A stretch of 14,395 bases of DNA from Nitrospinota bacterium. GTDB taxonomy: Bacteria > UBA8248. The stretch lies in the NCBI GenBank assembly GCA_046581755.1, contig JAYGFR010000153.1, forward strand, positions 1 to 14,395. Reading direction: 5' to 3'. Position numbers and translations under genes: made by a program. Positions within the stretch are counted from its first letter, which is position 1. Every line of letters begins with the position of its first letter. The notes beneath the pieces are model-generated. The model was not told the origin of the DNA, ran no database searches, and was given only the letters and a program-made list of their open reading frames with translations. Below are positions 1-7,423 of the stretch, piece after piece.

Positions 1-162
1 CTCGAGGAAGGCGACTGGGGAGGCCAGGACGATGAGGGGCTCCTCGTTGCCATCCGCGCCGCCTCGGTGGATCGGCCCTATTTGCTCGAGATCAAGACGC
101 CCGAGTCCTCGAAGCGGGCCACCGCCGCATCGGTGAAGTACAAGAAGTACGGTGGGAAATAA
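1..162 (+). CDS. 3' end of a hypothetical protein (5'-truncated by the window edge)
   Basis: Frame 1 is open from base 1 to TAA 160-162 (LEEGDWGGQDDEGLLVAIRAASVDRPYLLEIKTPESSKRATAASVKYKKYGGK*), with GC-rich third positions. It ends 29 nt before the next same-strand gene. No family recognised. Confidence 0.7.
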   Translation, partial: LEEGDWGGQDDEGLLVAIRAASVDRPYLLEIKTPESSKRATAASVKYKKYGGK

Positions 163-191
163 TTTCCCGCCTATTTTAAGAGAGTGAGCCT

Positions 192-560
192 ATGACGACA
201 TTGGACCAGCGCCATCCGGTGGATCTGACTCTGGACAAAACCGCCCGGGAACTCCGGATTGAATGGGTGGACGGGAGCAAGAGCCGGTACGGGTTCGATT
301 ATCTGGCGGCGATGTGCCCTTGCGCGAACTGCCGCGAGAAGCGGATCGAGATGGCGAAAAACCCGCTTCATGTGGTGTCCGGCCCCCTGGGGCCGGCCGA
401 GGTGGGAAACGCCTCGATGGTGGGGCGCTATGCGTTGAGCATCACCTGGCAGGCGGGGTGCGTCTCGGGAATCTATTCGTTCGATTATCTCCGCTCCATC
501 GATCCCGCGAACGCGGAAAAGGATGAGGCTGGAGAAGCCGGTTCCCGGGAGGAGGGATGA
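192..560 (+). CDS. DUF971 / gamma-butyrobetaine hydroxylase-like N-terminal domain protein
   Basis: Family-typical motifs LRIEWVDG, CPCANC, VGRYALSITW and GIYSFDYLR; 122 aa. Confidence 0.9.
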   Translation: MTTLDQRHPVDLTLDKTARELRIEWVDGSKSRYGFDYLAAMCPCANCREKRIEMAKNPLHVVSGPLGPAEVGNASMVGRYALSITWQAGCVSGIYSFDYLRSIDPANAEKDEAGEAGSREEG

Positions 561-730
561 ACACCCGCTTGCGGGAAGAAGTGGAAACCTCCGGGAACGG
601 CAATACCGGAAACCGCCCGGAGCCCGTCCGGGATGAAGAGGAGTTTTGCCCAACCTGACTGAGCGGGGTTCTTTTCTTCTTGGTCAGGAAGGGATACCGC
701 TGGATCGCCAAAAAATTCTCAAGGGCCTAG
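557..730 (+). CDS. Candidate small selenoprotein with CxxU motif (57 aa, TGA 656-658 read as Sec)
   Basis: ATG 557-559 overlaps the DUF971 stop (ATGA) and follows GGAGGAGGG. Translation: MNTRLREEVETSGNGNTGNRPEPVRDEEEFCPT-U-LSGVLFFLVRKGYRWIAKKFSRA*. A SECIS-like hairpin follows the TGA, and the TAG at 728-730 is followed by an intrinsic terminator. Confidence 0.7.
663..700 (+). promoter_or_regulatory. Putative bacterial SECIS element
   Basis: Upper stem TTTCTTCTT/AGGAAGGGA (Watson-Crick plus G-U pairs) closes a GGTC loop at 682-685. The first loop G is 24 nt after the TGA. Basal stem GCGG/CCGC. The geometry resembles the E. coli fdhF-type SECIS (G-containing apical loop). Confidence 0.65.
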
Positions 731-745
731 CCTGAAACGCCTGTT

Positions 746-775
746 CCCCCGGCCGGAAATGGCCGGGGGCTTTTT
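746..775 (+). terminator. Rho-independent terminator
   Basis: CCCCCGGCCG-GAAA-TGGCCGGGGG hairpin followed by CTTTTTGTTGT. Confidence 0.85.
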
Positions 776-819
776 GTTGTGTTCGAACCGGATCCTTCAT
801 TTTAAAGGAGCCCCCCCTC

Positions 820-1206
820 ATGGACAAAGTCACCCTTCAGCCGTCCTCGCTCCGCGTGCCCTCGCTCCCCTACGTTCCGGGAACGAAGCGGGGGCCCTTC
901 GTATTCACCGCCGGCCAGGTGGGAGTGGACGGCGGGGGTAACCTCGTCGGCGAGGGGGACGTTGGGGCCCAGACCCGTCAGGTGCTCAAAAATCTCGCGG
1001 CCGTCCTTGAGGAGGGCGGCGCTTCCGCCGCCGATGTCATGAAAACGACAGTGTACCTTGCGGATATCGGCGATTTTGCGGCGATGAACGAGGCTTATGC
1101 CGAATTTTTCGGAGATGCCAAACCCGCGCGGACGACGGTTCAGGCGGCGCTCGCTTCGCCGAAATTTCTGGTGGAGATTGAGGCGGTGGCCGTGATCGAA
1201 GGGTAA
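820..1206 (+). CDS. RidA/YjgF/YER057c/UK114 family enamine/imine deaminase
   Basis: Motifs FTAGQVG, QTRQVLKNL, KTTVYLAD, MNEAYAEFF, PARTTV (catalytic Arg present) and LVEIEAVA; AAGGAG RBS. Confidence 0.93.
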   Translation: MDKVTLQPSSLRVPSLPYVPGTKRGPFVFTAGQVGVDGGGNLVGEGDVGAQTRQVLKNLAAVLEEGGASAADVMKTTVYLADIGDFAAMNEAYAEFFGDAKPARTTVQAALASPKFLVEIEAVAVIEG

Positions 1207-1229
1207 TGAGCGGCGGGTTGGCCGGGGCG

Positions 1230-1895
1230 TCATTCCAGTGTGATTTTTTGCACCCAGCTTCGGCCCTGGTAGCGCGCCTCGATTTTCATGTCACGAAGGA
1301 TGGTGAAGAAGATTCGGAGCCGGACGAGGTCCTCTCCGCTGAAGCGGATGGCGCCGCCGGGGCCGACCGGATATTTCTTGGACGAGCGGTTGCGGAGAAA
1401 TGTGACGCGAATCGTCCCGCCCGGCGGAACGGCTCCGCCCTTGCCGCAGGATTTTCTCCGCACGGTTTTCCAGGGACCCTTGATTTTCCGGCCCGTCGGG
1501 CGGCGGCCGGTCACGCTACGTCCTCTGCAGTTGGACAAATCGTTGCCGGGGCTGCCGGTGATCAAGTAGCCTATCTCGGCGAATTTCGTGATTCCGCAGC
1601 CGATACCCTGTGTTGCGGCGATGGCGCCCGATTGCGTGCTCACCTCGACTTCCCTGAAAGTCCGCCGCTCCTGCACCGGGCAAAGGGCCACCTTCCGGAG
1701 AAGGGCGAGGCCCCCTCCCTTTCCGTCGAGGCGGTAGCCTTCGATGTCCGGTCCCAGGGTCCGGCTGTCCACCCGGATGACACCGCCCTTGACGGTTTTC
1801 ACTGAGCCGCAGCCCGCGGACAGGGCCAGCAGGGCCAGCGCGGACAAAAAACAGGGCGCGGCCAGTTTGTGGCCGCAGAATAATATCTCTCTCAT
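1230..1895 (-). CDS. Hypothetical lipoprotein, Arg/Lys-rich
   Basis: Hydrophobic N-terminus ending in a lipobox-like LSAG|C. The mature region has four further Cys and is very basic. No family recognised. Confidence 0.7.
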   Translation of the reverse strand: MREILFCGHKLAAPCFLSALALLALSAGCGSVKTVKGGVIRVDSRTLGPDIEGYRLDGKGGGLALLRKVALCPVQERRTFREVEVSTQSGAIAATQGIGCGITKFAEIGYLITGSPGNDLSNCRGRSVTGRRPTGRKIKGPWKTVRRKSCGKGGAVPPGGTIRVTFLRNRSSKKYPVGPGGAIRFSGEDLVRLRIFFTILRDMKIEARYQGRSWVQKITLE

Positions 1896-2085
1896 GGAGC
1901 CTTGAATTCCCGTTGCGGCGGAAAAGAGGATGACGCAGCTTTTGGGGGTATCCTAATCTTCATCCGGCGGCGAGAGCAACGCCCGGCCGCCGGCTGGCGC
2001 TCCCCGATGGAGCGCAACCGGGCCGATCTGGTGTATAAGGGCTTATTCCCGTACGGTATTCCTGTTCACCGAAGGAGGACATCTC

Positions 2086-3369
2086 TTGGGCCAGACCATC
2101 GCCGAAAAAATCCTCTCCGCCCGCGCCGGAGCCGCCGCCCGGGCCGGCGATCTTGTCGTCGCTGATATCGACTACGTGATGGCGGGGGACGCCAAGGGCC
2201 CCAAGGCGCTCGACATTTTCCGGGAGGCGGGCCTCCCGTTCCGCCTCGATCCGAATAAGACCGACATCATCATCGACCATTTCGTTCCGGCGTTCGACCT
2301 CCGCTGGGCGGAGCAACACGTCAGGCTCCGTGAGTTCGCCGCCGAGCGCGGGGTGAACCTCTTCGACGCGGGATCGGGGGTGTGCCACACCATCGTGACC
2401 GAAGAGGGCCGGGTGGGCCCGGGCGATCTGGCCGTGGGCGGGGACAGCCACGTATGCACCTACGGAGCCCTGAACGCCATGGGCGTCGCCGTCGAGAGCG
2501 GAGAGATCGCCTCGGTATTCGCCACCGGCAAGCTCTGGTTCAAGGTCCCCCGTACCGTACGGGTCGATTTCGAGGGCAGCTTGCCGGAGGGCGTATTCTC
2601 CAAGGACATGGCCCTCCACCTGGCCGGTGAAATGGGGTTGAACGGGGCCAACTACCGGGCAGTCGAATACGGCGGACCGGCGCTTTCGGCCCTTTCGATG
2701 GAGAGCCGCTTCACCATCGCCAACATGGCGGTGGACATGGGGGCGAAGACGGGGCTCATGGAGGCCGACGAGAAAACGGCGGCCTGGACGCGCGAGGCGG
2801 GCCGCGCGGGTGAGCCGGTCGCGCCGGACAATGACGCCGAATACGAACGCGAAATCGTCCTGGACGTCTCCTCGATGGAGCCGGCCATCTCCGCCCCGCC
2901 CTCGGCGGACAATGTATTTCCGGTGGGGAAATATGCCGGGCTCCCGGTTCACCAGGCCTATGTGGGTACCTGCACGAACGGCCGCCTCGAGGACATCGAG
3001 ATTGCGGCCCAAATCCTCCGCGGCCGGAAGGTGGCCGATGGGGTCCGATTCTACGTGGCTCCCTCCAGCCGGAAAATTCTGGACGCGGCGGCGCGGAGCG
3101 GGGCCATCCAGGCGCTGAACGAGGCCGGGGCGATCCTTCTTCCGCCCTCGTGCGGCCCCTGTGCCTCGATGACGGGCAATGGCGTCGTGGCCGGGGGGGA
3201 GCGGGTGATTACCTCGGCCAACCGGAATTTCCCGGGCCGCTTGGGGAGCAAGGATGCGGAAATCTATCTGGGCTCGCCGGCCACTGTGGCGGCCTCCGCC
3301 CTGGCGGGGCGGATCGCCGATCCGCGCGATATTTTGGCCGAAACGAGGGAGACGGTCGAATGGCGATAA
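2086..3369 (+). CDS. Aconitase-superfamily hydro-lyase large subunit (LeuC/HacA-like, 3-isopropylmalate dehydratase type)
   Basis: Motifs MGQTIAEKIL, DHFVP, GVCH, GDSHVCTYGA, GTCTNGR, CGPC (three [4Fe-4S] Cys ligands), NRNFPGRLG and SPATVAASA. TTG start after AAGGAGG. Confidence 0.93.
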   Translation: MGQTIAEKILSARAGAAARAGDLVVADIDYVMAGDAKGPKALDIFREAGLPFRLDPNKTDIIIDHFVPAFDLRWAEQHVRLREFAAERGVNLFDAGSGVCHTIVTEEGRVGPGDLAVGGDSHVCTYGALNAMGVAVESGEIASVFATGKLWFKVPRTVRVDFEGSLPEGVFSKDMALHLAGEMGLNGANYRAVEYGGPALSALSMESRFTIANMAVDMGAKTGLMEADEKTAAWTREAGRAGEPVAPDNDAEYEREIVLDVSSMEPAISAPPSADNVFPVGKYAGLPVHQAYVGTCTNGRLEDIEIAAQILRGRKVADGVRFYVAPSSRKILDAAARSGAIQALNEAGAILLPPSCGPCASMTGNGVVAGGERVITSANRNFPGRLGSKDAEIYLGSPATVAASALAGRIADPRDILAETRETVEWR

Positions 3370-3851
3370 AGGGCCGGGTATTCCGATTCGGAGACAATAT
3401 CAGCACCGACGTTCATCTGTCGGTCAAGTACCGCCCGCCGGAAACGGGGGTGGATGAGCTTAAGCGGGACGCCTTTAAGGAGCTCGATCCGGCGTTTTCA
3501 TCTTCCGTGCGGCAGGGCGACCTGGTGGTTGCGGGGGAGAATTTCGGCCTCGTGAGCAGCCGGGCGGACGCGGCGGTCGTCCTCCGCGAGCTGGGGGTGA
3601 GCTGTGTGCTGGCCAAGAGTTTCGGGCACATGTTCTACCGCAACGCGCTGAACATGGGCCTGCCCGTCATCGAATGCGACACGGATTCCATATCGGCGGG
3701 GGATGAGGTGGAGGTGGACCCCGAGGCCGGCCTCGTCCGGGCGGGGGCTGAGGAAATCGCCTTCGCCCCCATCCCGCCTGCGATCATGAAGATGATCGAT
3801 GCCGGTGGGCTGGTCCCCCTCATTCAAAAAGAGGGGGGCTATCCGGCCTGA
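3360..3851 (+). CDS. Aconitase-superfamily hydro-lyase small subunit (LeuD/HacB-like)
   Basis: ATG 3360 overlaps the end of the large subunit. Motifs GRVFRFGDNISTD, VAGENFGLVSSR, AKSFGHMFYRNALNMGLP and AGGLV. The ORF-track start at 3150 is judged too long. Confidence 0.92.
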   Translation: MAIKGRVFRFGDNISTDVHLSVKYRPPETGVDELKRDAFKELDPAFSSSVRQGDLVVAGENFGLVSSRADAAVVLRELGVSCVLAKSFGHMFYRNALNMGLPVIECDTDSISAGDEVEVDPEAGLVRAGAEEIAFAPIPPAIMKMIDAGGLVPLIQKEGGYPA

Positions 3852-4336
3852 TTCTCTTGTCCCATCGCCGCTCCCAGCGCGGCCTCTAAAGCCGCCATCG
3901 GCAGGCCGTTCTCCCGGTAGCCCCGCCGGAGGATTTGGGCGTATTCCGCCGAGGGCTTGGCACCCCGGAGGGGCCCGGCCATCCGGTAGATCATCGCCCT
4001 CTCCCGGCCTTGGTCCGATTCGACCTCTACCTCCTCGCGCCCATAAAGGTCGGGATAATCCTCATAGCCGTCGAGGGCGGGGAGATCGTCCCCGTGCAGG
4101 AGATAGAGCGCGCCGGGCACAAAGGCGCCCTTTTCGGGAACGGTGGTGGCCCAGCCCGGACCCGGCGGAAATTTTTGGGGAAGTGCGATTCGGAGGGCGT
4201 GGCCCATCAAGCGCGCAAGGCGCAGGGGCCGGCTTCCCGGACACCTGCGGCGCATCCCTTCACCATCAAGGTTCGCGCCATAGGCGAAATAGGTAATCGG
4301 ACCCTCAGGTGGCGCGGCCGAAGTCCTCGTCTTCAT
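3839..4336 (-). CDS. Gamma-glutamylcyclotransferase (AIG2-like) family protein
   Basis: Motifs YFAYGANL, VPGALY, LDGYE and PSAEYAQIL. Start chosen at ATG 4336 (MKTRT...), uncertain. It overlaps the cupin end and converges on the small-subunit gene. Confidence 0.88.
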   Translation of the reverse strand: MKTRTSAAPPEGPITYFAYGANLDGEGMRRRCPGSRPLRLARLMGHALRIALPQKFPPGPGWATTVPEKGAFVPGALYLLHGDDLPALDGYEDYPDLYGREEVEVESDQGRERAMIYRMAGPLRGAKPSAEYAQILRRGYRENGLPMAALEAALGAAMGQENQAG

Positions 4337-4709
4337 CTTCGGCCCAGCCTTCCGGCTCGCCACCATCTTTGCTCCAGCCTTCCGGCTCGCCGCCGAAGGC
4401 GATGAGCATCTTGGCCGGTTTGTCGTCCACCGGAGCAGCGGCGTGAATCGCCCCCTTGCGGATGGTGATCATCTCGCCCCCCTCGATGAGGACGAGTTCT
4501 TCCTCGACGTTGAACTGCATCCGTCCTTCGAGGACGATGAGCCTCTCTTCCTCGTCGTGGGTATGGTAGGGGACCATGGCTCCCCTGGGCTGTTCGACCT
4601 CGAAGATGCGAAAATCGCGCTCGGCCAAAGCCGAGACGATCTCATCCTGTTCGGGCTCGCAGCTAAAGGCTTCGGCCACATATTCTACGCGGTAGGCTGG
4701 CTTGGACAT
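4305..4709 (-). CDS. Cupin domain protein
   Basis: Cupin motif 1 PYHTHDEEERLIVLEG and motif 2 GEMITIRKGAIH. Confidence 0.88.
   Translation of the reverse strand: MSKPAYRVEYVAEAFSCEPEQDEIVSALAERDFRIFEVEQPRGAMVPYHTHDEEERLIVLEGRMQFNVEEELVLIEGGEMITIRKGAIHAAAPVDDKPAKMLIAFGGEPEGWSKDGGEPEGWAEDEDEDFGRAT
4344..4394. repeat. Tandem 21-bp direct repeat (30-bp period) encoding GGEPEGW twice in the cupin C-terminus
   Basis: CCAGCCTTCCGGCTCGCC(A/G)CC at 4344-4364 and 4374-4394. Confidence 0.85.
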
Positions 4710-4730
4710 TTTTCCCGTTCCCCGTGATAA

Positions 4731-5180
4731 CTAGGCGCTGAGAATTTCCTTGACGATCCGGCTGATCCGCGCACCGGCCGCCTGGCCGGCAAGCTGTTTG
4801 GATAATACACCCATCACCTTGCCCATCTCCTTTATCGAGGAGACCCCCATCTCGTCGATGGCCGCCCGGGCCGATAGGCGGATGGCTTCGTCGTCCACCT
4901 GGGCGGGAAGATATCCCTGCAGAACAGGGACTTCCTCGCGCTCCTTGGCGGCCAGTTCGGGCCGATCGCCCTTCTCGAACTGCTCGGCCGCCTCCTCACG
5001 TCTTTTTACCATGCTTTGGAGGATTTTGAGAATCTCCTCCTCGGAAGTTTCGTTTCCCGCCTCTTTGTCCTTGGTCAGGATTTCGGCCCGAATCATCCGG
5101 ATGGTGGAGAGGTGCTCAGCCGCTTTCTCGCGCATGGCCGTCTTCATGTCCTCGAACAGCCGGTCGCGAAGTTGCGCCAT
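4731..5180 (-). CDS. GatB/YqeY domain protein
   Basis: Motifs DMKTAMREK, LSTIRM, VKRREEAAEQF, LAAKEREE..LQGYLP and MGKVMG; 149 aa. Confidence 0.93.
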   Translation of the reverse strand: MAQLRDRLFEDMKTAMREKAAEHLSTIRMIRAEILTKDKEAGNETSEEEILKILQSMVKRREEAAEQFEKGDRPELAAKEREEVPVLQGYLPAQVDDEAIRLSARAAIDEMGVSSIKEMGKVMGVLSKQLAGQAAGARISRIVKEILSA

Positions 5181-5189
5181 TTTCTTTCC

Positions 5190-5618
5190 TTATTGCGCGT
5201 TGCCCGTGCCCCGCCCAGGAGTAGCGCCAGTATACTGGGTCCGTCCCTTTTCCCGGTGAAGCAGCCAGTATATGGCCAATCCGCCGCCCAGCATGTCCGC
5301 GGCGGAGTCCATCAACGAAGGCTCCCTGCCTGGGACAAACGATTGGTGAAACTCGTCGATGAGCCCGTTGGCCGCCACGAAAACGAATAAGACGGCAGCG
5401 GCCCTCACCTCCGGGCGTCCCACAGCCGTTTCTCGCAGGGGGCGCCAGAACAAGACCGCCAGGACTCCAAATTCGCAAAGGTGCACCAGTTTGTCCAGCC
5501 CTGCCGGGATGGTCAGCCCCATCTCGCCCGGGCTGGCCGAGGAAGCCGCATGAATGAGCGCAAGATAGAAACCGGCGATGACCCAGCCCCCGCGGGCCGG
5601 GCGCCGCTCATTGCCCAT
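5190..5618 (-). CDS. VanZ-like family membrane protein
   Basis: Motifs DKLVH..FGVL, DEFHQSFVPGR and D..AD..G, with several hydrophobic segments. Start uncertain (ATG 5618 versus TTG 5660). Confidence 0.88.
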   Translation of the reverse strand: MGNERRPARGGWVIAGFYLALIHAASSASPGEMGLTIPAGLDKLVHLCEFGVLAVLFWRPLRETAVGRPEVRAAAVLFVFVAANGLIDEFHQSFVPGREPSLMDSAADMLGGGLAIYWLLHREKGRTQYTGATPGRGTGNAQ

Positions 5619-5643
5619 GCCGCCGCCCGCAGGTCCGGCGGTT

Positions 5644-6039
5644 TCAGGGGAGGGGGACAATCGCTTCGATTTCCACCAAAAATTCGGGATTGGCGAGGCT
5701 TGAGATCACCAAAAACGTATTTGCGGGTGGGTCGTCACCAAAAAATTCCTTTCGCGCCTCGCCGACCGGGCCGCGTGCGTCGAGGCTTGTGACAAAAAAG
5801 GTGGTCTTGGCGATGTCGCTCATGTTGCCGCCCGCCTCCTCGACCACCCGGCGCATGTTTTCGAGCACCTGGCGGGTCTGCCCTCCGGCGTCGCCGGGGG
5901 AGGCGACGTTGCCGTTCTCGTCGAGGGGGACCTGGCCCGCGACATAAAGCGTTCTCCCCGCCTCGACGATGACGCCGTGAGAATAATGGCCTCCCGGCGG
6001 GGCCAACCCCGCGGGCTGGTTGACGATCGATCTCTTCAT
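5644..6039 (-). CDS. Rid (YjgF/YER057c/UK114) family protein lacking the canonical catalytic Arg
   Basis: Motifs GHYSHG, LYVAGQV, QTRQVLENM and LVEIEAI; PPANT stands where canonical RidA has PPAR. Confidence 0.9.
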   Translation of the reverse strand: MKRSIVNQPAGLAPPGGHYSHGVIVEAGRTLYVAGQVPLDENGNVASPGDAGGQTRQVLENMRRVVEEAGGNMSDIAKTTFFVTSLDARGPVGEARKEFFGDDPPANTFLVISSLANPEFLVEIEAIVPLP

Positions 6040-6079
6040 GCCGGTGTCCTCAATGGATAACCAAAATTGCGCGCCCCGA

Positions 6080-7423
6080 TCAATATTCCAGCTTGGCCTC
6101 GTCCAGATTTCCCACGACGGTCAGGATGGCCTCATCCATGCGGATATGCTTTTTCGCCGCCGCCTGCACCTGCTCTTTCGTCACGGCGCGGATGAGATCC
6201 AGATATTTCCCGGCATAGTCGGCGGGGAATCCCAGGCGCTCGACCGACATCATATAGCCCGCGATGCGGGAGGATGACTGGAAGCGGGTGGCGAAATTTC
6301 CGGTGATGAAGGCCTTCGCCTCCTCCAGTTCGCGCTCGCTCACCCCTTTCTCCTGCATTAGCCGGATTTCGGCGATGGATTCGGAGATGGCTTGATTGGC
6401 GCTGATATTTTTTGTCTGGAGCATGAGCCGCCAGTGTCCCGTGTCCATTCCCGCGGCAAAATAGCTGTAGGCCGAATAGACCAGTCCCTTTTCCTCGCGG
6501 ATGTTATTCGTGATCCGGCTCTCGAAGCCGCCCCCACCGAGGATATAGTTCATCACCCGGGCCGCGTAGAAATCCTTGTGCCGCCGGGAGAGGGAGCGGT
6601 TTCCGAGAATGACGGTCACCTGCTTGAATGGGCGGTCGATCTTGATGATGGACATCTTGCCCCCGGTGTCCGCCGCGTCCGCCGGACTCGCCGGCGAGGG
6701 GCCCATCCGGGCTTTCCAGCCCCGAAAGCGGCCGAGGACCATGTCTCGCGCGCGGGCGAGCGTGATATCGCCCACGATCACGAAAATCGCGCCCTTCATC
6801 CCGTATCGGTTCCGGTGAAATTGAACGAGGTCCCGCCGCCCGATCTTCCGGATGGTCTCGGGCAACCCCTCCACCTGCCGCCCGTAGGGGTGGGAGCCGA
6901 AGAGGCGCTTACGGAAGGCCTTGTTGGCGAGATAGCCAGGACGATCTTTTTTCCGCTGGAGGCTGCCCAATAACCGTACTTTCATTTTTTTGAGTTCATT
7001 CCGGGGGAAGGTGGGCCGGCGGAGAATGTCAGCGAGCAGCTTAAACCCCCGCTCCAGGTCCCGCGTGAGAAGGCGGATCGAGGCGGTCGAAAAATCCCGG
7101 CCCGCGCTCGCGCTCGCGCCCCCGCCGAGGCCGTCGTTGAGCCTCTCTATGGCCGATGCACTTCGGTTCCGGGTGCCCCGGAGGAGCATTCCGGCGGTCA
7201 AGCTCGCCAGGCCCTGCTTGTCCAGGGTCTCGTAGCGCGAGCCGCCCTGAAAGGAGACCCGGATAGTGACGATGGGAAGCTCGTGCGATTCCTTGACGAG
7301 GAGTACGGCCCCGCCGGGAAGCTCCTCGCGGTCGTAGGACAAAACGGCGGCGAAGGCGGGCGGGGTGAGGGCAAGGCATAAAATGAATGCGGCCGCGGCG
7401 CGGCCCATCGATCGCACGGTCAT
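6080..7423 (-). CDS. M16B family peptidase, non-zinc-binding partner subunit, exported
   Basis: ATG 7423 overlaps the upstream stop (ATGA). Signal peptide ends ...PPAFA. HxxEH is replaced by ASLTAGML. C-terminal ILGGGGFESR..IREEKGLVYS carries the R/Y pair. Confidence 0.9.
   Translation of the reverse strand: MTVRSMGRAAAAFILCLALTPPAFAAVLSYDREELPGGAVLLVKESHELPIVTIRVSFQGGSRYETLDKQGLASLTAGMLLRGTRNRSASAIERLNDGLGGGASASAGRDFSTASIRLLTRDLERGFKLLADILRRPTFPRNELKKMKVRLLGSLQRKKDRPGYLANKAFRKRLFGSHPYGRQVEGLPETIRKIGRRDLVQFHRNRYGMKGAIFVIVGDITLARARDMVLGRFRGWKARMGPSPASPADAADTGGKMSIIKIDRPFKQVTVILGNRSLSRRHKDFYAARVMNYILGGGGFESRITNNIREEKGLVYSAYSYFAAGMDTGHWRLMLQTKNISANQAISESIAEIRLMQEKGVSERELEEAKAFITGNFATRFQSSSRIAGYMMSVERLGFPADYAGKYLDLIRAVTKEQVQAAAKKHIRMDEAILTVVGNLDEAKLEY

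Noticed and set aside
557..658. Reading the small ORF as a 33-aa peptide ending at TGA, with the following hairpin as a terminator
   Set aside because: The hairpin has no U-tract and has SECIS-like spacing and loop, and a proper terminator follows the later TAG. Disfavoured but not excluded.
1896..2085. Leucine attenuator or T-box upstream of the LeuC-like gene
   Set aside because: A GC hairpin (GCGCTCC-CCGAT-GGAGCGC) is present, but I found no Leu-rich leader peptide, U-tract terminator or T-box motif.
4344..4394. Direct repeat as a mini-CRISPR
   Set aside because: Only two copies with a 9-nt gap, in frame within a CDS, and no cas genes.
1230..7422. Selenocysteine read-through at other TGA stops (lipoprotein, small subunit, cupin, Rid, M16 genes)
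   Set aside because: These TGAs fall at normal family C-termini or start/stop overlaps and have no Cys-motif context.
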